Assembly (NCBI GenBank): GCA_973895155.1
Contig: OZ316898.1
Coordinates: forward strand, 12,985,659 to 13,049,658
Direction: 5' to 3'
From: Marsupella aquatica
Lineage: Eukaryota > Plantae > Marchantiophyta
DNA length: 64,000 nucleotides
Shown here: positions 38,794-50,922 of the stretch, piece after piece
Position numbering within the stretch: position 1 is the first letter of the stretch
Layout of the letters: every line of letters begins with the position of its first letter
Notes under the pieces: model-generated
The model's database searches: none
What the model saw: only the letters and a program-made list of their open reading frames with translations
Told to the model about the DNA's origin: nothing
Made by a program: the position numbers and the translations under genes

Positions 38794-39433
38794 GGATGTG
38801 TGCACCCTAAGTAATATCTTAACTCATAACCTTATCAATTTCAAAGTTACAATTGGGGTCAAACAGTACACCGACCCTTGCGGATGTGTGCACCAGAATG
38901 CCTTAACTTGTAACCTTATTAATTTTAAAGTTACAATTGGGGTCAAACTGTACACCGACCCTTGCGGATGTGTGCACTAAAATGCCTTAACTTGTAACCT
39001 TATTAATTTTAAAGTTACAATTGGGGTCAAACAGTACACCGACCCTTGCGGATGTGTGCACCAGAATGCCTTAATCTGTAACCTTATTAATTTTAAAGTT
39101 ACAATTGGGGTCAAACAGTACACCGACCCTTGCGGATGTGTGCACCAGAATGCCTTAACTTGTAACCTTATTAATTTTAAAGTTACAATTGGAGTCAAAC
39201 AATACATCGACCCTTGCGGATGTGTGCACCAGAATGCCTTAACTTGTAACCTTATTAATTTTAAAGTTACAATTGGAGTCAAACAATACACCGACCCTTG
39301 CGGATGTGTGCACCAGAATGCCTTAACTTGTAATCTTATTAAGTTTAAAGGTATAATTGGGGTCAAAAAGTACACCACCCTTCCGGATGTGGGCACCAAG
39401 ATGCCTTAACTTGTGATCTTCTTAATTTTTAAC
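38794..39433 (+). repeat. Tandem minisatellite, 84 bp unit, ~7.5 copies
   Basis: Unit AACCTTATTAATTTTAAAGTTACAATTGGGGTCAAACAGTACACCGACCCTTGCGGATGTGTGCACCAGAATGCCTTAACTTGT starts at 38828, 38912, 38996, 39080, 39164, 39248 and 39332. Confidence 0.97.
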
Positions 39434-39629
39434 ATAAAGACAATGTTATGTTAAGTAGTATCAAATGTTGATTTTGCTCTTGCTATTTCTATTGGAAAAG
39501 GAATTCAAAAGGAAATAACTCTCAATCTAAAGTCTTATTATGCCTTTCTTTGTAGCACAGTTCCTTAGATAGAGTATCAATATTTACATCTTTTCAGTTG
39601 TCAAGATTTGAAAAAGTATTTACAAGTAA

Positions 39630-39770
39630 AATATGAAACTCCACTTTTCAGGTCAAACAGTTCACTAAGTTTAGATATGAATATCAGAAGTTGCAAATTA
39701 GAACTTTTCACTTTCTTTTATCTAGAAATAATTACCACAAATCAATGGACGAAGGTGAAATCTTGGAATT
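39630..39770 (-). mobile_element. Possible relic of a hAT transposase C-terminal dimerisation domain
   Basis: With frameshifts the minus strand reads SEK..FAT..IHSKLRNCL.PEKVE, resembling SERxFS...IHSKLRNRLxPEKVE. Confidence 0.25.
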
Positions 39771-41726
39771 GAACAAATGTTTGAAATAGGTTTATCATAA
39801 AATATATTAGCAATCACACTTCTTGACCATAAGGAGAGAAGAGAAAGAAGGCCAACCTGTATTTCAAGTATTGAGCTTGCTATTGATTATAAAATAATTC
39901 GTAAACTCTCCCAAGTTTATCTAGCAACCAAGAGTAAAATGTTCATCTCAAGAAAGGGTGAAGAGGGGGCTCAACCATTGAATTGAAAGGACATTGGGTC
40001 ACTTCACAACTAATAGAATCCATACAAATTGTAATTATTAAACAAAACATGCAATGCTACAAACCTACCTGGGTCACATGATGAGAGCCATACAAAAAAT
40101 ACTCTGCCACTTGATGTCTGCCTCCAAGCTTGAATGTCTCCTGTAAACCATACTCCCACCTAGCCTGAAGTATGCTATTAAACCCCACTATGATCACCCT
40201 AGGCACACCAAAAGAGTCATGAGTTCAACCTCCAATCAGCCTCCACAAGCACAACAAATTAGTCCCTAAACAATGAACACAACATCACTAAATCTCCTAT
40301 CCAGCCTATTTTTGTTCAATTTATTAGTTATAATCTCTACATAATGGGGAAAGCTACATTTAATAATAAGACAAAATAACATCATAAAGTACAATTGATT
40401 ACATAATCCACATCATGCAAGAAAACAAGTGTTCATAGTCCCATGAAAGTTGGTCTATATGACCTCTCTCTCTCCAACACCTATGATGATTCTACACTTA
40501 TGGTTTTTGTCTTTGTTTCCACTTGCCATGATCATTAGGACATTGATGAGAATTTTGTTTTATTAGCATGTATTAACATATTGAATCTTCAAACTAAGTT
40601 GCCCAAGATAATATCAAAGATATTTACAACTACTGTAGTGATTCAATCCAAGCCATCATTTTTCTTGTTGCATCCTCTTATTATTATAGATGAGCTTTAA
40701 ATGTCATTCTTACCAAAATTAAATTTTATGCACATGAATTTAAAACAACAGATTTATATCGCTCCTTTCAATGCACTTTGGCAATCTGATCTAGCCTACA
40801 TATATAGAACACTCCTTTGAATGCACTTTGACAATGTGATCTAGCCCATACACAACACTCTATTGAATGCACAATCCACCCAAAAATGAATTGAGCTGGA
40901 CCCACATACTAGTTTATTCAAAACAATAAAAACACACTACTATAGATTTTTTGATTATGGATGAACTGTCTGCATGTGAGATCATAATCCTTAGGCATTG
41001 ATTATGAAAAATGTAGTAACTCAATACAAGATTGCACTTACAAAGGATTCCTCGTTGGCTATTTGTTTTTCTTTTTTGCCAATTGCTTTTTTGCAAAAAC
41101 CAAGCCAAGCTCAAATCCTTTGCTCTGGGTCAAGCACTTGCTAAGTTGAACAAGCATGGTAACTTTTAAGGTTGTTTTTGTTGAGCATTGACGACAATTG
41201 CAATGGCAAGCCCATGAACCATCCAACGCATAAGAGTCGACACAGAGAGATACGTGGTTCACCTCCACATGAGGCTACGTTCACGGGAATACACAAGAGC
41301 TTTACTGCACTCTAGGCCGACCGGCCATACCAAGCATCCACAACACAAGCTCTCTCTATCTCTCAACTAGCTCCGTAAGAATGAGCCTGAGTTCCATCTC
41401 TCCAAGCAAACACTGCTTGCTTATAGAGTGTGCACAGCATGACTAACCTAACCAAGTCTGAAACTAAGGTTAGCCTTAACTACGGTACAGTCGTAACTCT
41501 AGACCTAAGAGTAAATCCTAACAATCTCCCCCTTGACTCTGGTCTAGGGAGGGTAAAGACTGCAACCTATATGATTGCTCAGCGGGAAGTTCTGGAAAGA
41601 AAAACCCCCGGAAAAACCAAACTGGTTTTTCCCTCTTTATACGAGAGTAGACCAGAACTAAGCCGTAGCCTATACAAGGAATGAGCAAGAGCATATCTTA
41701 GTATCTACACAAATGTTAAGTAACCC

Positions 41727-44700
41727 TACTTGTGAGGCAATTGCAAAACCTACAACGCATCACGATGTCTAGAAAAACTCTCCAAAGGAATCACTTTGGT
41801 AAAAGCGTCAGTCGGGTTGAGTTTACCGTCAATCTTGACTAGCTCAAACTGATTATCAGACACAGCCTGCCTGATAAAATGGTACCTGACATCGATGTGC
41901 TTCACTCTGCTGTCCATTACCTAGTTCACAGCAAGATGGAGCGCACTCTGACTATCACAATGGAGCTTCACATTCCCCTGTGGCAATCCCATCTCAGTGA
42001 TAAGTCTATCCAACCAAATCGCTTCCTTTGTTGCTTCCGTTGCTGCAACATACTCCGCTTCTGTAGTAGACTGAGCAATGCACTTCTGCAGAGTAGACCT
42101 CCAACTTATGCATCCACCTCCTAATGTGAACACATAACCTGTTGTTGACCTCCTCCGATCCAGATCCTGTGCATAGTCAGCATCTACATAGCCCATCAAT
42201 GATCTAGCATTATCAGCATGTGCATCAAACAATAGACCATGATCCACGGTACCCTTCAAGTACCGAATAATCCACTTCACTGCTTCCCAGTGTACCTTCC
42301 CTGGATTCAACATGTACTTGCTCACCTTGCCCATAGCCATGGCAAGATCAGGTCTAGTGCAAGTCATCAAATACATAAGACTCCCCACTGCTTTGTCATA
42401 AGGAACCTTTGACATCAGCCCCTTCTCTATCTCATCCGTAGGACAAAATGCTGATGACAACTTGAAGTGTGGAGCCAACGGGGTACTTACTGGCTTGCTA
42501 TCCCCCATGTTGAACCTTGCAATTACCTTCCTCGCATAACTGCTTTGCGTCAACCATAGCTTGCCAGCCTCCAAGTCCCTAGTGATCTCCATACCCAAAA
42601 TCCTCTTAGCTGGCCCTAAGTCCTTCATCTTAAACTCTGCACTAAGTAGTGCCTTGAGCTTAACAATCTCAGACCTATCCTTGGCCGCAATAAGCATGTC
42701 ATCCACATAAAGTACTAAAACAATGAACCCAAAGACAGCATTCGTCACCGGTTTAAGATACACACAAGGGTCAAACACACTCCTATGAAAGCCTTGTGCA
42801 CAAATCCAATCATCAAACCGCTTATTCCATTGTCTTAGTGACTGCTTCAACCCGTACAAGGATCTCAGCAATCTGCAAACCAAATCCTCTTGCCCTCTCT
42901 TCACAAAACCTAGCGGCTGTCTCATGAAGATCACCTCTTCCAAGGTGCCATAGAGGAAGGCTATGATAACATCCATCTGATCTAGCAGCAGACCAAACAT
43001 TACAACAAGCACACACAATAGCCGTATTGTTGAGTACTTAGCAACTGGTGATAAGACCTCATTGTAATCCACACCTTTTTCCTGTGTGAATCCCTTGGCT
43101 ACGAACCTAGCCTTGTAGACCTTCGATCCACCTCCCGTGGATTGATCCTTCAGCTTGTATATCCACTTGCTGTCCACCACTTGCTGTCCCTCAGGCAGCT
43201 TGACAAGCTCCCAAGTTTTGTTGTCCTTCAGTGACTGCATCTCCGTTTGCATTGCTATAGTCCACTCCTGCTTCTCCTTAGAAGCACTTGCCTCATGAAA
43301 TGAAGAAGGTTCCCCTTCTTCTAGTATCAACGCATCACCCTCATCTTCAGTAATAAAATCCTTCTCTTGCAACTGAGATGAATCAACCCACTGTCCATAC
43401 CTTGGTGGAGCGTGTACAGTGCAACCAGATGTTCTTCTAGCCGATGACTCCGGTTGATCTACGTTAGCTGGTACAATTTGAAGCTCAGCAGCATCCACTT
43501 GCTGCTCACCAGCATCAACAAACTCCTCTAGTTCCTCTGGCACAGGAACCAGCTCCATAATTGGAGCAACTCCTTCTCTTCGATCATGCATCTCATGACC
43601 AATCTCCCCCTCAACGAGATCCGGGATAGAAGATTTTCCTTTGTCAGTACGGGAGACCTAAGTATTCTCCCCCTCCTTCAATAATCTGGATTCATTGAAG
43701 GAAACATCCCTACTGACAACGAGCTTACAGGCAATAGGATCCCATAGCCTATAGGCTTTCACACCATTCTGGTACCCAAGAAAAACACATTTCTTGGATG
43801 TAGGATCCAACTTGATCCTATTCTGCTTCGGTGTGAGAGCATATGCATCACTTCCAAAAACTACCAAGCCATGATAGTCTACTTGCCGCTTATAGCGCAT
43901 CTCAAATGACATTTTGAAATTGATAGCACTAGAAGGAGAAAGATTTACCAAATAAGCTACGGTATTGACAGCTTTTGCCCAAAATTACTGTGGTAAACCT
44001 GATTGGCTCAACATACTCCGTGACCGCTCCAATAGTGTCCGATTGAGCCTCTCAACGACACCATTCTGTTGCGGAGTATAAACTGTGGTGAGATGGCGAG
44101 TTATCCCCTATTCTGAACAGTATTCTTCAAATTCCACTGAAGTGTACTCCCCGCCATTGTCTGACCTCAGACTCTTCACCCTTGTATCCAAACACTTGAC
44201 CATGTTTCTAGTCTGATTCTCCATCTGGGCCTTCCACTTCTTAAAAATGGATAAGACATCAGACTTATGCGTCATGAAATAAATCCACATAAATCGTGAG
44301 TAATCGTCAATAAATGATACATAGTATAACTTTCCAGAGTGTGAGGGAGTCGGGGATGGACCCCACACGTCACTATGTATGTACTCAAGAACCATCTTGG
44401 AACGATGTGTTCCAACACCGAAAGCACGACGATGTTGCTTTCCAAGAATGCAATGCTCACAGAACTCTAATTTACAAGATTGCAAATTAGAAATGAGTCC
44501 ATTCTTCAGTAAGATAGCCAAACCCTTCTCACTCATGTGGCCTAGCCGTGAATGCCACAGATGAGTCATCTCCTCGTGAGACTTGGTTACATTGGCCTCT
44601 CCACATACAGTATTGCTCTGCAACACATACAAATTCTTCTGTCTGCTCCCCTTCAAGATCACCGTCTCTCCTGACCTGACTTGAAGTTCACCATCAATAA

Positions 44701-46040
44701 CGCTCCATTGATGACCATTTGAATCCAACACACCCAGTGAAATCAGATTCTTACGCATGCCAGGTACATACCTGACTCCGGATATTGTGCGCACAGTGCC
44801 ATCAAACATTTGAATCTTCACAGACCCAATACCCTCAATTTGACAGGAGTGATCATTTCCCATCAGAACTGAACCGTTTGAAATAGAGTAAGAACTGAAA
44901 AACTCTTGAATGTAACAAATGTGAAAAGAGCAAGCACAATCAAGAATCCACACATCATCTGCTCTCCTAGATGACGTGCACAGGGCATACCCCTGGCTTC
45001 ATAATACATACTCATCATTGAGTAAATCAGCATCTCCATCAGCCCTAGCCACATTTACCGATGAAGATTCAGCTGCCTTTTCTTTACAGTCTCGCTTGAA
45101 GTGTCCAACTTGGTTGCACTTCCAACATGTCACCTGCCTTCTCTGAGGGGATTTGCCTCTAGACTTAGATCTGGATTTAGATCTAAACTGGGTTCTATTG
45201 TCCCCAGTTGGTCTCTGCATACTCCTCCCACGGTTAACATTGAGGGCAGCACCAGAGGATGAAGGATGTGACGTGATGTGCATCTTCTGCTGAAGATCAT
45301 CACTAAGCAGAGAACTTACCACGTTATTGTATGAAATGGTATCCCTATCACGATGCAACAACACCCGTGATAGGGATTGGTAAGATGGAGACAATGAACT
45401 GAGAAGCTGCAGAGCCTTCGTCTCATCATTCAAAGTCTCCCCAAGGTTTTCCAAGTCAACGACCATGTCGTTGAAAGCATCCACATGGTCCTGCAACTTT
45501 GTATCGGATTCCTTCATCGTGAAACTCATCAGTTTGTAGGAAGTATAGAGCCGGTTCGACAACTCCTTGCGGTGATACTTGCTCTGCAATTCCGCAAATA
45601 AGGACATGCAGTCCTTATGTGCACCCAACTGCTTGATGATGGGAGGCATGAGATAGAGTGTAACACACCACACTCCCTGCTCCTACATGCGGTCCCATTG
45701 TTTCTCATCAACATCGTCTTCACGAGGGCTTAGCAGTTGGCCCATCCCTGAAGCATAGAGCACTCCCTTCACCAGCTTCTCCCAAAGCAAGTAGTCAGAG
45801 CGCCCATCATACTTTGTCACTTCATACTTGGGTCCCCCAAGCTTGAACGTACCCATCTTCTTCTTTGGCATTATCGTGAGCTCCGGTAGTAGAACAACTT
45901 CCTCCACCACTCATCGCACCGGTGATGGTACCGGTGTCACGTGCTCTTCCTCCTGCTCCTTTCTCTCCACCTCAAACCGCCGCGGTGATCCTCGTGCTTC
46001 AAGTTCCACGTCTTCAAAAATCTCCTCTGAATCACTCATA
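41727..46040 (-). pseudogene. Copia gag-pol reading frame broken by in-frame stops
   Basis: ORF pieces 46105-45911, 45910-45683, 45673-44999, 44953-44108, 43951-43658 and 43591-41921 are all in one frame, separated by stop codons. Confidence 0.92.
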
Positions 46041-46142
46041 TGAGAATGACGTTTTTCACAACTTCTCAAAAAAAACTCAAAACTAATCACCGCCGTGTAG
46101 CCCATGAGGCTAGGAGTTCACGAGGCTCCCCCTGGTCACTCC

Positions 46143-46268
46143 GGGTCGCCCTTGGAGCGAGGCGCCCTCGGGTCGCTCTTGGAGCGAGGCGCCCTCAGGT
46201 CGCCCTTGGAGCTCCCTCGGGTCGCTCTTGGAGCGAGGCGCCCTCGGGTCGCCCTTGGAGCGAGGCTC
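46143..46268 (+). repeat. 27 bp GC-rich tandem repeat in the copia 5' leader
   Basis: GGGTCGCYCTTGGAGCGAGGCGCCCTC, about 4.5 copies, one of them shortened. Confidence 0.9.
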
Positions 46269-47559
46269 CCTTTAAGTCGCCCTCTGAAACCCTATTGCTA
46301 TGAAAATCCCGCCGCAATTCCTGGACAAAGTTACTGTTCACTAACTTTGTCATTTTCCTTGTGCCCTAGGTCGCCGCCGCACCTCACCTCTCCGCGGTGC
46401 GCAAAGTTGCCGTAGGAAACACAATTTGCCAACATCCAATGTTGCTTGCTGCTGCCAATTCCACGATTAGAAATGATGAAATGTTGCCGAATTGCACAGG
46501 CACAATCTGCGAGCTCACCAGAGAAAAAATCTTCCATCGTGTCACACTCACTCCGCGTCAAGTGCCAATCCCGGACTCAAAATGACCGTCTTGACGCGAT
46601 CAAAACATTGAGCCATAGCACTTTGCGATTCTTCCTCCAAGATGGACGTGACGACGAGTAACCCGATTCAGATGAAAACCTGTGAAAAAATCTGAACATC
46701 TCCTTCACTCGGCACGATGCACTCGGTAACCACTCGACAGCAACTCAACTACCAAAATGAACAGCTCGCTTTAACCTCCAACATGAGCTATAACATGCGA
46801 TGCCTCCCGCACTGCACAACTCAAACCGTTGAAAAATGATCTCTGGTTTCTCCCCCGAAATACCGTCGAACACGAAAAAACTCCAGATCGACGCAAACTT
46901 TGATTCCTCCGCACCACGTATACAGATCAACGAGTTCTAACGACCGTTAGAAAGCCCTCTCACTAATCTATCCGTTCAGTCACACACACATTCAAGTTTC
47001 ATGCGACAAAACTCCGAATGTAACACTGACAATGAACGCTGGAAAACCGTCACAAAAAAGACCTCGTCTCCTCCCAGGCATGCTCTGATACCAATTGTTG
47101 AGCATCGACGACAATTGCAACGGCAAGCCCATGAACCATCCAACGCACAAGAGTCAACATAGAGAGATACGTGGTTCACCTCCACATGAGGCTACGTCCA
47201 CGGGAACACACAAGAGCTTTACTGCACTCTAGGCCGACCGGCCATACCAAGCATCCACAGCACAAGCTCTCTCTATCTCTCAACTAGCTCCGTAAGAATG
47301 AGCCTGAGTTCCATCTCTCCAAGCAAACACTACTTGCTTATAGAGTGTGCACAGCATGACTAACCTAACCAAGTCTGCAACTAAGGTTAGCCTTAACTAT
47401 GGTACAGTCGTAACTCTAGACCTAAGAGTAAATCCTAACAGTTTTCTTTTGCCTGTGTGGCCAATGTCACCTTGTGTGAAGGAGAGGAGTCTAGGAGTAT
47501 TTCACACTAAAAATTCCTAGATTAATTTCTAACTATCAGCTCTCTCAGCAGTTAAAGAT

Positions 47560-47909
47560 TATTGAACATTGATGACATTCACAATGACATGCCCATAATC
47601 ATCCAACAATCAAATAGTCGACACAAAGAGGTACATGGTTCACCTTCACATGAGGTTATGTCCACAAGAACACACAAGAGCTTTATTGTACTCTAGTTTG
47701 ACCGCCCATACCAAGCATCCACAAGTGAACACAAATTCTCTCTATCTCTCAACTGGCTCTATGATAATGAACCTGAGTTCTCACTATCCAAGCAAACACT
47801 GTTTGGGTATAGTGTGTCCACAACATGACTAACCTAGCCTAGTTTGCGACTAAGGTTAGCTCTAACTGCGGTACAATCATAACTCTAGACCTAAGAGGTA
47901 ATCCTAACA
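47560..47909 (-). mobile_element. Solo LTR of the same copia family (older)
   Basis: Colinear with the 345 bp LTR over its full length (TATTGAACATTGA...CTCTAGACCTAAGAGGTAATCCTAACA) and flanked by a perfect 5 bp TSD, AAGAT. Confidence 0.92.
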
Positions 47910-48829
47910 AAGATGACCGTTAGATTCTAGTTGATGGGGTCCGTGGCTAGGGGGAAACTGGTGGATATTGGCTAATGGAAGAAAGCAAACCTAACCAATT
48001 TTAGCCAAAAGTTGCTAATATGTTCTCCAATTCACTGTTAAATAAACACCTATTTGTTAGCCCTGGTATGACCAGAACACTGTCTCTTTACATACAACTG
48101 TAAAAGAACAACCCCCTAACTTGGAGACATGATCCCAAAGGCCAAGAACCCAATAAAGGTAGAAAACAATAAAAATATTGGAAAACCCCAAGAGCCAAAT
48201 AGCCAAAACTGTTGGCAAGTACATTTTATGTTCTAGCAATAGGAGGCAGTTTAATTACGGACCCCACTAGAGGTCCCTTCCAAAATTTGAGACTCCACAA
48301 TGTGCCATGTCATCATGATGCGCTCCAAACAGGTATGGATTGGTTTACAAAATAAAATTATTTCACCGTTCGTGTTTGTGGCAGGATTTTGGTAAAATTG
48401 AGGACGCCATGCCGTAAACCTTGATGTAAAAATGTTTGAAAAATAACCATTTTATTTACCCTAGGTAACAGACTGTTCAATTAGTAGGAGGCCCACCTTC
48501 TGTGTTTTTTACCCTAAGTAACCGCTGCCCACCCGCATTCTGAATTGTGTTTCAATTGAATAATAACTAAATCTCTCTCGGCAAGTTGATCTGATGACAA
48601 AGTAATCATGGCAATTTTCTCGACCTTTTGCTGCCACGAAGGAAAAAGTGGACATGATTCTATGTTGGATCACTCAGCACTCCTTTCCATGGCATCATCA
48701 TTGCAGTTCCTAACTCGGTGACTCGGTGATGCCTCTCGCTACTGTTAGATTGTCCAACGCATGAGGCACAAGTGAACGTGCCTCATGAGAGAAGCAAGCT
48801 TAGCAGGGTTCACTAAGGGTTTTGTCTAC

Positions 48830-48964
48830 GTGCAGATGGTGTTGAAGAGCCTGGGCATGAAAGAAGGACATAGTTATAAGAAGTGTCAACGGATGATCAA
48901 GGGAGTCGATGCGGACGATAATGGGAAGATGGACTTTAAGGAGTTCAAGGGGTCCACGAACTAA
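48830..48964 (+). pseudogene. Calmodulin-like (CML) gene fragment, last EF-hand only
   Basis: Translates to VQMVLKSLGMKEGHSYKKCQRMIKGVDADDNGKMDFKEFKGSTN*, matching the plant CML C-terminus (VLxSLGLKEGxxxExCxxMIxxVDxDGDGxVxFxEF). No upstream EF-hands were found. Confidence 0.7.
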
Positions 48965-49593
48965 TTAACGCCAGTTTAGAGCCGTGGTATCCAGCAATTT
49001 TCCCCAATTAATTAAAAGAGAAAAAAGAACGGTTCTAACGAGGCTTCCAGAAGAGCAGGGAACGTTGGGAGTTGGGACCTTCCCCATCCCATCCCCATCC
49101 CTTCTCGTCCCTTCCCAGTTTGCCCCCACCCTCACCCCCAGCCCCGCGGCTGCGGCCTCCAGTGCAGTGCGCGAGGCGTCACGCTGTGACGTCTATCGGC
49201 TCTGATTACTTGTCACTCCATCAGCATTTCATGCCTCTGACAGTTCGTTCCATCGTCACACCATCAGTGCGTCCGATGCCCAAGCTCAAAAGCTCCGCAC
49301 CTGCTGCTGTTGGTGTTGTGTACTTTGCCAGCCGCTCTCCCCATTCAGGTCCGAGAAACTCGAGAACTCGAGAACTACTGAGTTTCGCTTTTTCTCGAGA
49401 ACTATTGAGTTTCGCTTTTTCTCGCTGGTCTTTTGGTTCCCCCAGGACTTAAAATCGATCGGAAGTAGATTCGTCGCCCTTCTTAGAGCTCGGGGAATTG
49501 AAGGGATCCAGCGAATAGGCTGCGGCATCGATCGATTGATCGTAGGAGTTGTTCCGTGAATTGCAGCGGCGCAAGGAGACCCTTTTTGCAGAG

Positions 49594-50922
49594 ATGGCAA
49601 CCCTGCAATTGTGTTTCGTGACGGGTCCTGTCACGGGAGGAGTGAGAGCTCTGGAGGCGGCGGGCAATTTTGCGGCAGAGGGATGTCAGTTCTTTGGAGC
49701 TGGACTGAGAAGCTTGAGCGTGGCGAAGCCAGGCTTTGGAGCTGAGTCCGCCTTTCGGTCGAGCTCGTCGGCCAGCGCTGCGGTGTTGAGGGTGCGATGC
49801 ATGGTGCTGGAGACGAAGCCGGCCACCGAGAAGAAGACGAGGCTTCATGATCTGTATGAGCAGCACAAGCAGAGTCCGTGGTACGACAATCTTGCGCGCC
49901 CGGTTACCAGCTTAATTCCCTTCATCGAGAAGGGAATACGGGGTGTGACGAGCAACCCGACAATTTTCGCCAAGGCCATCTCCTCTTCGGACGCGTACGA
50001 CGACCAATTCAGGCAGCTGATCAAAGAGGGAAACGGAGTGGAGGATGCCTACTGGGGGCTTGTTGTGAAGGATATTCAGGACGCCCTGGACCTGTTTCGA
50101 CCACTTTATGAAGAGAGCAAAGGGGAAGACGGCCAGGTTTCGGTGGAGGTGTCTCCCAGTCTGGCTCATGATACCCAGGGTACAATTGACGCTGCCAAAT
50201 GGCTGCACAAGGCTGTAAATCGGGAGAATGTATACATCAAGATCCCCGCCACTGCTGAGTGTGTGCCGTCCGTCAAAACGGTGATTGGGCAAGGGATCAG
50301 CGTCAATGTCACACTCATCTTCTCTCTGCCGAGATATGAGGCTGTCATCGAGGCTTACTTGGACGGATTAGAGGAAGCAGGAGACAAGGGATTGGATGTG
50401 TCTAAAATTACTAGCGTTGCATCTTTCTTTGTGAGCCGGGTTGACACGCTTGTGGATAAGAAGCTGGAGGCGATCGGCTCGGAGGAGGCTCTGGCCCTTC
50501 GTGGGAAGGCAGCCAACGCTCAGGCTGCACTGGCGTTTCAGTTGTATGAGGAGAAGTTCAGCGGTCCTCGCTGGGAAAAGTTGGCAGCACAAGGGGCTAA
50601 GAAGCAACGCCTCCTGTGGGCTTCCACCGGGGTGAAGAACCCTGCTTATTCCGATACTCTTTATATCTCTCAGTTGATCGGTCCTGACACAGTGAACACT
50701 ATGCCGGGTAACGCTCTTGAGGCTTTCTTGGATCACGGGACTGTCTCCAGGTCGATTGATTCGGACGTGGAGGGGGCTAAGAAAATCTACGACAAGATTG
50801 AGGAGTTGGGAATTGACTGGGCTGGCGTCGGTTCCCTACTGGAGGTCGAGGGGGTGGCATCGTTTGCAAAGAGCTTTGACGATCTAATTGTGAGTCTGGT
50901 GCAGAAAGCTGCTGTATTGTGA
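49594..50922 (+). CDS. TAL: Plastid transaldolase (TAL type), intronless, 442 aa
   Basis: Ser/Ala-rich transit peptide ending VRC. Motifs QSPWYDNL, GVTSNPTIF, VSVEVSP, NVYIKIPAT (catalytic Lys), NVTLIFS, SVASFFVSRVD, RLLWASTGVKNPAY and TVNTMP. Confidence 0.96.
   Translation: MATLQLCFVTGPVTGGVRALEAAGNFAAEGCQFFGAGLRSLSVAKPGFGAESAFRSSSSASAAVLRVRCMVLETKPATEKKTRLHDLYEQHKQSPWYDNLARPVTSLIPFIEKGIRGVTSNPTIFAKAISSSDAYDDQFRQLIKEGNGVEDAYWGLVVKDIQDALDLFRPLYEESKGEDGQVSVEVSPSLAHDTQGTIDAAKWLHKAVNRENVYIKIPATAECVPSVKTVIGQGISVNVTLIFSLPRYEAVIEAYLDGLEEAGDKGLDVSKITSVASFFVSRVDTLVDKKLEAIGSEEALALRGKAANAQAALAFQLYEEKFSGPRWEKLAAQGAKKQRLLWASTGVKNPAYSDTLYISQLIGPDTVNTMPGNALEAFLDHGTVSRSIDSDVEGAKKIYDKIEELGIDWAGVGSLLEVEGVASFAKSFDDLIVSLVQKAAVL

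Larger units (their letters stand above)
41179..47440 (-). mobile_element. Full-length Ty1/copia LTR retrotransposon (Tork/Tnt1-like), nonsense-inactivated
   Basis: 345 bp LTRs at 41179-41523 and 47096-47440 (TG...CA), TSD GTTTT on both sides. PBS TGGTATCAGAGC (tRNA-iMet) at 47093-47082; PPT AAGGGGGAGAT at 41534-41524. Domain order: gag (CWKCNQVGHFKRDC), PR (WILDC), INT (HSRLGH, CEHC, DVWGP, RSDNGGEY), RT (YVDD), RNase H (YVDADYA, TEAEY, HIDVRYHFIR). Confidence 0.97.

Noticed and set aside
38794-39433. CRISPR-like array or repeat protein gene
   Set aside because: The units are identical throughout with no unique spacers, the context is eukaryotic, and one copy carries a stop in the + frame.
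49549-49593. Upstream non-ATG start for TAL in the ORF track
   Set aside because: The ATG at 49594 has a good context (GAGATGGC) and begins the transit peptide.
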